A DNA stretch of 64,000 bases from Thermodesulfobacteriota bacterium (lineage in GTDB: Bacteria > Desulfobacterota > Desulfobulbia > Desulfobulbales > SURF-16), in NCBI GenBank assembly GCA_039715015.1, contig JBDLIE010000005.1, positions 44,460 through 108,459 of the forward strand. Direction: 5' to 3'. Below the pieces are notes generated by a model that ran no database searches, was not told where the DNA came from, and worked only from the letters and a program-made list of their open reading frames with translations. Shown piece by piece: positions 50,570 to 59,941 of the stretch (its first letter is position 1; every line of letters starts with the position of its first letter). Position numbers and translations under genes: made by a program.

Positions 50570-50920
50570 ATGGATAACCGTAATTTAAAGATTTTTCGGA
50601 AAACTTCTATCTCCCTATATCTCTTGGTTTTTATTTGTTTTTTCTTGTTGCCGGTTCAACTTTCCTGGGCTGAAGATCAAGAAGATGTCCTGTCTATTAA
50701 TGGTGTGGTTAAAGAGATACTCCTGATAGAACGTAGCCTCATAGTTAAGCCTAAAGAAGGGAAGAGACATAAAATTGTTTTTACTGAGCAGACTGTCTTT
50801 AAAGGTGTTGCCGGCGCCGGTAATATTGAGGTGAAACAGAAGGTGAGGATCTGGTATGTGCGAGAAAATGACCTTCTTAAGGCCTTGAAGATTAAGGTGA
50901 TGCCTGAACTTGGCTGCTGA
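50570..50920 (+). CDS. Small exported OB-fold-like hypothetical protein
   Basis: RBS GGAGG before ATG 50570; signal peptide ending SWA; beta-rich GVVKEI...KVRIWY. Confidence 0.6.
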   Translation: MDNRNLKIFRKTSISLYLLVFICFFLLPVQLSWAEDQEDVLSINGVVKEILLIERSLIVKPKEGKRHKIVFTEQTVFKGVAGAGNIEVKQKVRIWYVRENDLLKALKIKVMPELGC

Positions 50921-50978
50921 AAAGATCTCTTGTTTCTTTCGAGTATTTTTTTCTTACCCTGACGTTGGGAGGTGAATC

Positions 50979-51476
50979 ATGTTTTCTCTATTTCGTTTGA
51001 CCCTCGTAGTTTTAATTTTCTCTTTTTTCTCTAGCCCGTTGACTGCCGCTACCCAAGGACAGGTTCTGCCAGAAGCTGTTAAGGCTTCTGGATTGCGTGT
51101 TTATTTTGATGTTAATGTCGGTGTCCCCCATAAGCTGGAAATCAGGCTCATGCTCATAAATAAAACATATGACCAGCTTTTGCAGCTAGGTCATCAGCCT
51201 GAGTTTGTTGTCGGTTTCAGGAGTACGGCCAGCTATTTTGTTACAAAAGGTGATGAGTATGTGGAACCGGAAGAACTTGTCTTAAAGAAAAAGATCCACC
51301 AGTGGGTGAAAACTCTCAAGAGTAAGGGGATTCGGATTGAGCAATGCCTACTTGCTGCCGATTTTGTCGACATCGAACATGAAGATTTCCTGTCTGAAAT
51401 GGCATTGGTGAAAAACGGCTATGTGTCGATGATTATCTATCAAAGTCAGGGGTTTGCCCATGTTTCCATGGACTAA
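50979..51476 (+). CDS. Exported DsrE/DsrF-like protein
   Basis: Signal peptide; VYFDVN, GIRIEQC, NGYVSMIIYQSQGFA. Confidence 0.7.
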   Translation: MFSLFRLTLVVLIFSFFSSPLTAATQGQVLPEAVKASGLRVYFDVNVGVPHKLEIRLMLINKTYDQLLQLGHQPEFVVGFRSTASYFVTKGDEYVEPEELVLKKKIHQWVKTLKSKGIRIEQCLLAADFVDIEHEDFLSEMALVKNGYVSMIIYQSQGFAHVSMD

Positions 51477-51705
51477 TATTGCGAACCTCCGATAATGGTG
51501 AAGGTCATTATCGCCCAGGGTCTAGGGATTCGAGCAGTTCTCCCCGGCCAACTCTATGCCCTGATGCTTGAGGGAGACTTCCAGGAGATTAAAGGAGCTG
51601 TTAGCGATTTTGGCAGGTGTTTTGAATTTACTGTTTTTCTTATAGGCCTCTGCCAAGATCATGGTCTTAAGCTGGCCGCGGATTTCGCTGTACGGCCTCA
51701 ATGTG

Positions 51706-52797
51706 TCAGACATGTTCAGGAGACTCCATGGTCATGGTATAAAGTGGCGGCAAAGACGTTATTTTTGTTTTGATAATTTCAACATCCGCTTCCTGGTCAT
51801 TACCACTTAGCTGCAAGTGGTGAATGAGGTCCTTCCCACGTTTGAAAACGCCACGATCATAATAGGTGTCATAATAGGAGAGCAAGATGGCGCAGGCTTT
51901 GTCGAAATGATCGTTGGTAATATATTCCTCCACCTTCTTTGCTTTCTCTTGGCCCAGTTTTTTTGCAATCCGTTGAGTCGCCTCAACAAGTTGAAGCTTT
52001 GGCGTGTCAGCATAATCATCAATTAGTCTGGCGATACGAGCCTCCATGGGAACCTTTAAGGACACTAAAGGAGCAGAGCGCATTTGCATAAAAAAAGGCT
52101 CCGGCAAATGCACCTTACCGATTACCCGGCTTTCATTCTCAACAAGGATTACTTTATTTGGGTCGAGACGTTGAAGTTCATGGAAGAGATTATTCGAGAA
52201 CTGTTCATTGGTGGGCTGCGGCTCTTCATTGAGATGGCCGAAGGCGGAACCCTTATGATTTGCCAAGCCTTCCAGGTCGAGGACCTGAAGATTGTTTTCG
52301 GCCAACTGCAGAAGAAGAGCGGTCTTACCACTGCCGGTATAGCCACCTAGCAAAAGCAAGGGGATGGGATGAGAAAATGAATGACGAACATGGCTGCGAT
52401 AGGCTTTGTAACCACCAGCAAGTCGCCGGCAATGAATGCCACTGAGCTTCATCAGGCCACAGACGCTTTCACTGCGCATACCGCCTCGCCAGCAGTAGAT
52501 GAGAGGGGCAGGGCCGCCATGCTTTCGAACCTGTTTGACTATATTTGCTAGCTTGGGGCCAACAAATTCAAGGCCCTTGTTAAAAGCGGCTTGGCGGCTC
52601 ACCTGTTTGTAAAGGCTGCCCACCTTGGCCCGCTCTTCATCGCTGAAGAGCGGAACGTTATAGGCGCCTGGTATATGTCCTTCCTGAAATTCCGCAGGGG
52701 AGCGTACGTCTATGAACTGAGGTGGGGCAACCCAGGAGATAGAGACCACATCCAAAAGGGTTCTGCTTGCCTCAGGTTTGCGGCTTTTTTCAGCCAT
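51706..52797 (-). CDS. mnmH: tRNA 2-selenouridine synthase
   Basis: Rhodanese domain DVRSPAEF..GHIPGA, YCWRGGMRS; P-loop GYTGSGKT; DLEGLANHKGSAFG. Confidence 0.93.
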   Translation of the reverse strand: MAEKSRKPEASRTLLDVVSISWVAPPQFIDVRSPAEFQEGHIPGAYNVPLFSDEERAKVGSLYKQVSRQAAFNKGLEFVGPKLANIVKQVRKHGGPAPLIYCWRGGMRSESVCGLMKLSGIHCRRLAGGYKAYRSHVRHSFSHPIPLLLLGGYTGSGKTALLLQLAENNLQVLDLEGLANHKGSAFGHLNEEPQPTNEQFSNNLFHELQRLDPNKVILVENESRVIGKVHLPEPFFMQMRSAPLVSLKVPMEARIARLIDDYADTPKLQLVEATQRIAKKLGQEKAKKVEEYITNDHFDKACAILLSYYDTYYDRGVFKRGKDLIHHLQLSGNDQEADVEIIKTKITSLPPLYTMTMESPEHV

Positions 52798-53446
52798 AAA
52801 CTGCGGCTCCAATAGCCTTGCCTAATTTTTCCAGAGCAGCAATGGTTTTCGGGGAGTCTTCCAAAAGATTAATGCCGATTTTTTCAATGGTTGCATCTGG
52901 GCCAAATATCATTTTGAGGCCTGAAACAGAACATTGACCATCATCACCACAATTAACACAGGGCACGTTGCCGGCAACATTGACACCTCCGACAAAGTTC
53001 ATGCCTTCTTCCATCATATAGCTTTGGATGGCGCCGATACCAAGATCTCCGGCCGGGGGCATTCCTTCGTAGCCGGGAGGAATAGCCGAAGTAACAATAG
53101 CAGCGCCTGGTTTGCCGGCCATCAGGCCGTGACGGTGGCGTAAAGGATACAGCCTCTCCATAAAGGTCTTGGTGCGGCTGTCAATAGAGGAGTAGGGGGT
53201 CCAACCGGCAATGATCAGCGCATTGGCCTTATAGACCTTTTCTGCCAGCATGACGCCATCATCCTCAATGACGCATCTGTTTGAATCAATACAAGCCAAG
53301 CAGGCATCGCAGGGTGCTATTGAGTGATCGCTTAACTTAACGAATTCGGTTCGATGACCGGTTGCATCAAGAACAATCTGCAGGGCCCGGTCTGTATTAC
53401 TGTTTTTTAATGGTGATCCGGAAACACCAAGAATTTTAATAGCCAT
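52790..53446 (-). CDS. Iron-sulfur flavoprotein (flavodoxin-like, NADPH-FMN reductase family)
   Basis: GVSGSP..NSNT; CDACLAC..NRC; second CVNC...C motif. ATG 53446 after GGAGG. Confidence 0.85.
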   Translation of the reverse strand: MAIKILGVSGSPLKNSNTDRALQIVLDATGHRTEFVKLSDHSIAPCDACLACIDSNRCVIEDDGVMLAEKVYKANALIIAGWTPYSSIDSRTKTFMERLYPLRHRHGLMAGKPGAAIVTSAIPPGYEGMPPAGDLGIGAIQSYMMEEGMNFVGGVNVAGNVPCVNCGDDGQCSVSGLKMIFGPDATIEKIGINLLEDSPKTIAALEKLGKAIGAAVYG

Positions 53447-53601
53447 AACATCCTCCTTAGGTAGATAAAGAGGCATTGTAAACATGAGGGAGCTGCTCGT
53501 CAATACGATGAACAAAGAGCTTTGCTAGAAACTGGTTCAATGGATGAATTATATGGTCAATCCGTGATGTTAGATGAAATGCAGAGACGCTGGCTTGTTA
53601 G

Positions 53602-54612
53602 CTACCAGAGGCCAGGGACGACTTCTTGGCAGCTTGCGCATCTAGCCCCAGAAATTTTAATGTCTCTGGTCTGCATGCCATATCGGCTGATAATCTCTGT
53701 CCCGCAGGATGGGCAATAGGTGTTTTCGCCACCCTCACCAGGGATATTGCCTTCATAGACAAAATGGAGACCCTCTTTAAGGCCGATATCACGAGCCTTA
53801 CGTAGGGTTTCAACCGGGGTAGGGGGGCGATCTGTCAATTTGTAAGTAGGATAGAAGGCTGTGACATGCCAGGGGATTGTTGGATCAATATCCTTAATAA
53901 AGCGGGCCAGTTTCTGTAACTCCTCAGTGGAGTCATTAAGGCCTGGGATCAGCAGAGTGGTGACCTCAACCCAGACACCCAACTCATGCATGAGCCGAAC
54001 ATTGTCCAGCACTGGTTGCAGGCGTGCCTTGCATATTTTTTTGTAGAAGTCATCGCTGAAGGCCTTGATGTCTATATTGATGCCATCCAGCACCGGCGCC
54101 ACATGACGTGTAACTTCCGGAGTCATGTAACCGTTACTGACAAAAGCGTTCTTCAGGCCTCTTTTGTGGGCCAGGGTGCAACAGTCATAGGCAAACTCAT
54201 AGAAGATGGTTGGTTCGACATAGGTATAACTAATACTGGCACTTCCCGAGGCCAAGGCCGCCTCGATGACCTGTTGAGGACTCCTTTTGTTGCCTGATAT
54301 CTCTCCACCTGAGAGGTGGGGATATTGAGATATCTGGTAATTTTGACAATGTTCACAGCGGAAGTTGCAGCCCACTGTTGCTATGGAATAAGAGGTCGTG
54401 CCGGGCAGGAAGTGGAAGAGAGGTTTTTTTTCGATGGGATCGGTATTCCCAGAAACCAGGTGACCGTATACTAAGGTATAGAGTGTACCGTCTTGATTTT
54501 CCCTTACCCCGCAGATACCGCGTTTTCCCTGCTTAATTCGGCAGTGATGATTGCAAAGCCTGCAGGATACTGTTTTGTCAGCATCGGCTGAGTAGAAAAG
54601 AGCTTCTTTCAT
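53602..54612 (-). CDS. amrS: AmmeMemoRadiSam system radical SAM enzyme
   Basis: CRLCNHHC, GICGVR, DPIEKKPLFHF, GCNFRCEHCQN, NTYCPSCG. Confidence 0.9.
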   Translation of the reverse strand: MKEALFYSADADKTVSCRLCNHHCRIKQGKRGICGVRENQDGTLYTLVYGHLVSGNTDPIEKKPLFHFLPGTTSYSIATVGCNFRCEHCQNYQISQYPHLSGGEISGNKRSPQQVIEAALASGSASISYTYVEPTIFYEFAYDCCTLAHKRGLKNAFVSNGYMTPEVTRHVAPVLDGINIDIKAFSDDFYKKICKARLQPVLDNVRLMHELGVWVEVTTLLIPGLNDSTEELQKLARFIKDIDPTIPWHVTAFYPTYKLTDRPPTPVETLRKARDIGLKEGLHFVYEGNIPGEGGENTYCPSCGTEIISRYGMQTRDIKISGARCASCQEVVPGLW

Positions 54613-54846
54613 TTTCTATTCCTGTTTTATGAGACAGCTTGAAAGCCTGCCATTGCCAGAAAAAGGGGTCAGTGAACTCTTTAAAAGTTATATGAAACCT
54701 TATCGTGATTATAGGATGGCAGGCAATAATAAGTTTGCTGCTGAAGCTCTTTTTTTAGGTTTGTGAGAAGGGTGATGCATGCTGTAAAAAGGGTTTGCCT
54801 AAACCCGCAAACCTGAACTTACTACTATCATTGATGAAAAATGCAG

Positions 54847-55989
54847 TTAGAGGGAAAGCTCTGACAGGCTGGCGTCCTGCATGCCTTTTTGGAAGAGAAA
54901 GAAGTAAAGTATCACGATATAGCTACAGACTGCAGCCACAGCAAATATCTGATTGTAATAGCCCAGGGGGCAGAGCACAAGCACTGTGGACCAGTGTAAA
55001 GCGACGAGCTTGCCGGAATGGAGCTGGATAGGAAACTCATGCTGGCGGACAATGACTGCCAGACCGCTGAGGTTCCAGCCGTATAGTGACAAGTAGGCGT
55101 GGATCTTGAGAAGGAACTTATACTTTTCAGGGTGATAGGCTGGCTCAAAGGTGACAACGATATAGAGAATGCCGGTGATGGCGGTGGCAACGAGAAAAAG
55201 CATACCGGACGTGAGGAAATACTTCTGCTGCAGCTTGTTGCCCAGGTTACGATAGAGCATATAGATGAGCATAACAGCGCAAAAGAGAATAGAAGCCACA
55301 ATCACCTGGAGAACTAACTTATCGAAAAGAATAAACAAAAAGAAGATAATGACGCCGAGGTTAATCGTCCAGAAGCAGGTTTCCTTCAGCATCTTGACCA
55401 AGCGGTTGATTGACTCCGGTTGACTCTCCGTTCCGAGGCTATTTATCTGGCTGAAAATAACTGACATGCTGATTAGTGATATTGGAACGGAGAAACCGAG
55501 AAAAAAGGTGTTTAGTTCCAGCTTGCTAAGTTCCAGCCAAAAGAAAAATTCATTATTGGCAATGACCAAGCTGGAAGCAAGGAGGCCAAGACTTAGGCAG
55601 ACAAGGGCCGCATGGTGGAATTTGGTCTGAACTGAAATAACAGGCGAAAAGAAACTTTTTGGGGTCCAGGAGAAATGGCGAACTCGCACCGCCTCCACAA
55701 GCCCAGCCAACAAAACTCCGACTATCAAAGCCGGGAGGTAGATTTCATAAAAAGCGAGGAGCGCATAGCTAAGAGAGAGGATGAGAAATGTTTTGCCAGC
55801 TCCGGTCAATTTCCGTGAATTTTCGGTGAAATAGACCAGGATAGTGCCGCCGCTGCACAGGTTAAACAAGAAGATGTGCAGACGTTCGAAATCAAACTGA
55901 ACATCATGGCCGACAAAAAGGCCGGTATAGCCAAAGCCAAGAGCAGTGGCCATAAGCACGAGAAATATAAGACGAAGGCTAATAGACAT
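54847..55989 (-). CDS. Polytopic membrane protein, function unknown
   Basis: About 11-12 hydrophobic helices; FERLHIFLFNLC and HAYLSLYGWNLSG motifs. Confidence 0.75.
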   Translation of the reverse strand: MSISLRLIFLVLMATALGFGYTGLFVGHDVQFDFERLHIFLFNLCSGGTILVYFTENSRKLTGAGKTFLILSLSYALLAFYEIYLPALIVGVLLAGLVEAVRVRHFSWTPKSFFSPVISVQTKFHHAALVCLSLGLLASSLVIANNEFFFWLELSKLELNTFFLGFSVPISLISMSVIFSQINSLGTESQPESINRLVKMLKETCFWTINLGVIIFFLFILFDKLVLQVIVASILFCAVMLIYMLYRNLGNKLQQKYFLTSGMLFLVATAITGILYIVVTFEPAYHPEKYKFLLKIHAYLSLYGWNLSGLAVIVRQHEFPIQLHSGKLVALHWSTVLVLCPLGYYNQIFAVAAVCSYIVILYFFLFQKGMQDASLSELSL

Positions 55990-55991
55990 TT

Positions 55992-57368
55992 TTAGGTAAT
56001 AGTTCCAAGGAGATAATCAAGGGCAGTACCTAGAGATGGATAGCGGAAACGAAAGCCGCTGGCAAGGAGTTTCTCCGGCATTACCCGGGTGCTGGCCAGG
56101 GGAATTTCATCTGCCATTTCTCCGAAGCGTAAACGTAAAAGGGATGCCGGGATGGCCGGGATGAGGGGCCGGCCAATTTTTGCCGCCAGAATTTTAATAA
56201 AATTACGGTTGGGTAAAGGTTCAGGAGCGCAGATATTTATGGGGCCACCAAGCTCTTCTTGCATGGCAATGTGGTGAATGGCCCAGATGAGATCATTGAT
56301 GGAGAGCCAGCTCATATATTGTCGCCCACTGCCCAGGGCGCCGATAATGCCAAATTTGGCCGGGCCAAGCATCGCCTGTAAAGCGCCTCCTTTCGGCGTT
56401 AAGGCCACGCCAATGCGGAGTAATGCCAGTCTGATACCCGCCTCTTGCGCAGGGAGAGCTGCGGCCTCCCAGTCTGCACAGACCTCGGAAATAAAATCAG
56501 TCCCCATAGGGCTCTTTTCCGTGAGTAGGTCATGGTGACGGTTACCATAAAAGCCGATGGCAGAGGCCGATAAAAAGGCTCGGGGTTTCTGGAGGCGTTG
56601 GGCCATCTTTTCAGCCAAAAGCCGCGTACCTCTAATCCGGCTGTCAATTATTCTCCTCTTTTTTTCAGCGCTCCAGCGGCCACTGTCGATATTTTCCCCA
56701 GCAAGATGAACGACAACATCTATTTGTTGTGAATCTGAAATGTTCAAAACCCCGTGATCAGGGTCCCAGAAAATCTCGTCTTGGTCAACAGGATGGCGGC
56801 GTACCAGTTTTAGAACTCGATGGCCGCCAGTAGTTAAAAATGGGGTGAGATTGCGGCCTACAACACCACTGGCGCCGCTGATTAGAAAGGTAAGTGCTTC
56901 TGCTGTGTTTCCCTGATGAGCTGCAATATCTTCAGCAAGAATATGATGACGGTATTTGAAGGTCTGGCTCAACTGTTTTTGAATGAAGCCCGCAAAGAGA
57001 TCGCCCAGTTTCCCTAAGGGCAGCTCAAAATCAATGGAGTCAATAAGTGTGGAATTGTTGGTTGATTGGCCTTGAAAGCTATGGGTGTGGCTGAAATGCC
57101 TAAAAGGGCCGCGCTCCTGTTCATCTCGGAAAAAGTCGTCTTGTTCAAAGCCGGTATGGCGGGCCCGCCACGGTACCGGCAATGGCCCGGCTTTCATGAG
57201 AAGGTCCACCTGCGCTCCTTCTTTGATATGTCCATCCTTACGAATGACTCGTAAAGGGTCCCAGGGTGGAATTAATCGTTCCAGGGCACCAGGCCTTTCA
57301 TGCCAGGCAAACAGGGTCTTAAGGCCGGCAGGAAAGGTCGATTGCTTGCTGAAATGATGCAGGCTCAT
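55992..57368 (-). CDS. SRPBCC domain fused to a TIGR01777/YfcH-family NAD-dependent epimerase
   Basis: FAWHERPGALERLIPPW...DEQERGPF; ISGASGVVG, HLAGENI..RWS, SASAIGFYG, GSGRQYMSW. Confidence 0.88.
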   Translation of the reverse strand: MSLHHFSKQSTFPAGLKTLFAWHERPGALERLIPPWDPLRVIRKDGHIKEGAQVDLLMKAGPLPVPWRARHTGFEQDDFFRDEQERGPFRHFSHTHSFQGQSTNNSTLIDSIDFELPLGKLGDLFAGFIQKQLSQTFKYRHHILAEDIAAHQGNTAEALTFLISGASGVVGRNLTPFLTTGGHRVLKLVRRHPVDQDEIFWDPDHGVLNISDSQQIDVVVHLAGENIDSGRWSAEKKRRIIDSRIRGTRLLAEKMAQRLQKPRAFLSASAIGFYGNRHHDLLTEKSPMGTDFISEVCADWEAAALPAQEAGIRLALLRIGVALTPKGGALQAMLGPAKFGIIGALGSGRQYMSWLSINDLIWAIHHIAMQEELGGPINICAPEPLPNRNFIKILAAKIGRPLIPAIPASLLRLRFGEMADEIPLASTRVMPEKLLASGFRFRYPSLGTALDYLLGTIT

Positions 57369-58441
57369 GAAACCATGTCTTTCTTGCCTTCCTTGTTGGC
57401 CAGCTGACCGCAGGCCGCCGAGATATCATCACCCCGGCTGGTCCTGATCAGGACCGTGTAGCCCGCCTTGCGGAGAATATCCTGGAAGGCATAGACCCGG
57501 TTGCGGCTTGGCTTGCTAAAGGAGATTTCCGGAGCCTCATTACAGGGCAGAAGATTTATCTTACAGGGTAGCCCTCGCAAAAGTTTGGCGAGCTTTCTGG
57601 CATCGTCATCACTGTCATTCACTCCTGCCAAAAGAATGTACTCAAACATGATTCTCTTTCTTTTCGGGAGGGGAAATTGTCGACAGGCCTCCAGCACCTC
57701 AGCAATGGGGTAGGTGAGGTTCACCGGCATGATCTTGTTACGGGTCTCATCATCAGCGCCATGGAGGGAAATGGCAAGATTGACCTTAATTCGCTCACCC
57801 AGCTTGACAATTTGAGGGGCCAGGCCGCAGGTGGAGACAGTAGTGCGCCTATCTGAGAAATCCAGCCCCAGTTCATCCATGATGATTTGCAAAGCAATAA
57901 TAAGATTGTCGAAATTGGCCAGAGGTTCACCCATACCCATAAAGACCAGATTACTTATCCGGCCCTTGTCTTTTTCAGCCAGGTCAGCCTGGATAGCACA
58001 GATCTGGCCAACAATTTCGGCAGGGGTTAAGTTGCGCTTAAAACCGATGGTGCCAGTGAGGCAGAAGGTACATCCCATGGCGCAACCTACCTGGGAAGAG
58101 ATGCAGAGTGTGTTGCGGTCATCTTCTGGAATGAGAACGCTCTCGATCATCAAGTCGTCTTGGAGCTTAAGGCCATACTTGATGGTGCCGTCCTGGGAGA
58201 CTTCGCGTACTGCAATGGGCAACGAGCTGATGAAGGAAATCTCTTTTAACTCCTCGCGGAACTTCTTGGAGAGATCGGTCATCTGATCAAAATCAGTTAT
58301 GCCTGGGCGATAGAGCCAGGCGAAAATCTGCCTTGCCCGGTAAGTGGAGTGGCCAAGGGAGGTAATCCACTCTTGGAGCTGGTCCCTGCCCATATTTTTG
58401 AGATCGATCTTGTCAGTTGTCATCAATGGTTGTTTTGTCAT
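57365..58441 (-). CDS. rlmN: Dual-specificity RNA methyltransferase RlmN
   Basis: CISSQVGCAMGCTFC, FMGMGEP, VSTCG, DISAACGQL. Confidence 0.96.
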   Translation of the reverse strand: MTKQPLMTTDKIDLKNMGRDQLQEWITSLGHSTYRARQIFAWLYRPGITDFDQMTDLSKKFREELKEISFISSLPIAVREVSQDGTIKYGLKLQDDLMIESVLIPEDDRNTLCISSQVGCAMGCTFCLTGTIGFKRNLTPAEIVGQICAIQADLAEKDKGRISNLVFMGMGEPLANFDNLIIALQIIMDELGLDFSDRRTTVSTCGLAPQIVKLGERIKVNLAISLHGADDETRNKIMPVNLTYPIAEVLEACRQFPLPKRKRIMFEYILLAGVNDSDDDARKLAKLLRGLPCKINLLPCNEAPEISFSKPSRNRVYAFQDILRKAGYTVLIRTSRGDDISAACGQLANKEGKKDMVS

Positions 58442-58530
58442 GGGTTACTCGTTACAATCTCAATACCTTTGTTTACAGAGGCCTGTCAAGGAACCAATGC
58501 CAGGCCTCCGGCTCTGTTTCCGTGATATCT

Positions 58531-59442
58531 ATGAAAATGACGCCTTCGTACAAATTTTTTGTTTTGGCTTTGCTTTTTCTGCCATCCTGCACCTTTTCTC
58601 CTCAAATAGACCCTAGTGAGGATATTTTTCTGAATCTTCGTTTCGCTTGGCAAACGAAGGCTGTTTTTGATAACCCTGAATCAGTTGTTTTTGACCCCGT
58701 GGCCAAGATTCTCTTTGTTTCCAATGTGAACGGCCCTTCCATGAAAAAGGATGGCAACGGCTATTTGAGCAAAGTGGCTTTGAACGGTGTGGTGCTTGAT
58801 CCTAAATGGCTGACTGGTCTTGATGCTCCCAAGGGTATGGCCTTACAGGGTAACACCCTCTATGTCTCTGATATCACCAGCTTGGCCGTGGTTGATCTCA
58901 CCTCTGGGCTTATGAAGAAATATAGGGCCAAGGGGGCTAAATTTTTAAATGATGTTACTGTTGATAGGAAGGGGAGGGTGTATGTTTCTGATCTGTACAC
59001 CGATTCCATTTATATCCTTGAAGACAACCAGATACGCCTCTGGCTGCGTGATATGCGCCTTGCCTCACCTAACGGCCTTTATGTTGAAGATGATGCTCTT
59101 TATGTCGGCAGTTGGGGCGTGAGAAAATGCGGTGTAGAAACGGAGATGCGGGGCCATCTTCTCAAGGTAGATATAGATACTAAAATAATTAGTGATGTGG
59201 GAGGCGGTGCACCGCTGGCCAATATTGATGGCGTCGAGGTTTTGGGAAAACGTGGATTTCTCATCACGGACCGGATAGAGGGCTCCCTTATCCACCTGAA
59301 TCGCCAGGGGGAAATTGTCCAAACCATTAATATGGGTAAAGGGGTTGCTGACCTTGATTTTTTGCCGGAAGATTGGGAGCTTGTGGTGGTTCCGATGATC
59401 AAGGATAATGTTTTAAAGGCCTTTACTCTGCCGCTCCCGTAA
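58531..59442 (+). CDS. Beta-propeller lipoprotein (SMP-30/gluconolactonase-like)
   Basis: Lipobox-like LPSC; PESV, KDGNGYLS, GLDAPKGM, FLNDV, PNGL, IDGV. Start codon uncertain. Confidence 0.75.
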   Translation: MKMTPSYKFFVLALLFLPSCTFSPQIDPSEDIFLNLRFAWQTKAVFDNPESVVFDPVAKILFVSNVNGPSMKKDGNGYLSKVALNGVVLDPKWLTGLDAPKGMALQGNTLYVSDITSLAVVDLTSGLMKKYRAKGAKFLNDVTVDRKGRVYVSDLYTDSIYILEDNQIRLWLRDMRLASPNGLYVEDDALYVGSWGVRKCGVETEMRGHLLKVDIDTKIISDVGGGAPLANIDGVEVLGKRGFLITDRIEGSLIHLNRQGEIVQTINMGKGVADLDFLPEDWELVVVPMIKDNVLKAFTLPLP

Positions 59443-59530
59443 AGACCTACTCTAAAAAGATTGCCAGGGCCGTTAGTCAGTCGATATACTAAGATGATCT
59501 TTTTATTATTTTCCCCAAGGTGAGTTGCCA

Positions 59531-59926
59531 ATGTCTTCTTCTGATGAAGAAAACGAAATTCTTGATCTAAGAAAAATGGAGGATGTTTTTGCATGCCTGG
59601 AGGCTGTTGCCATGGCCCAGGTCGTGCTGAGTGGTGTCGATCCTGATACGGCCAATGAGTTGGAAAAGGTCACCGAGGCCCTGGGAGCCCTTTCCCTAGT
59701 AATTGATCAGGGAGACCTGGTACAAGTCGTTGAAAAAAAGGTCGAGGTTCCTGGAGAGGGAGGGCAGGCGGCAGCCCAGCCTGTGGCACCTCCTGCCTCT
59801 GGGAAAAAGGGCATTGATGACTTGGTTGAATTTGTTGGCGGCGGCAAACCAAAGGGGACCCATTCCATGCCTCGAGATAAAGAAGAGGGCATTGTTGATA
59901 TACTTACCGGTGAAAAGGTCCGCTGA
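59531..59926 (+). CDS. Hypothetical acidic protein
   Basis: Fills the gap before the convergent porin gene; AAGGTG upstream; no recognisable motif. Confidence 0.5.
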   Translation: MSSSDEENEILDLRKMEDVFACLEAVAMAQVVLSGVDPDTANELEKVTEALGALSLVIDQGDLVQVVEKKVEVPGEGGQAAAQPVAPPASGKKGIDDLVEFVGGGKPKGTHSMPRDKEEGIVDILTGEKVR

Positions 59927-59941
59927 AATATTATCTGTAAA

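Noticed and set aside
50912..50962. GGC-TGC-TGA as a C-terminal Gly-Cys-Sec motif
   Set aside because: No convincing SECIS hairpin follows and the read-through sequence looks non-coding.
54646..54724. Inverted repeat GCCTGCCAT...ATGGCAGGC as a MITE or ncRNA
   Set aside because: Only 9-10 bp arms, a single copy in the window and no target-site duplication seen.
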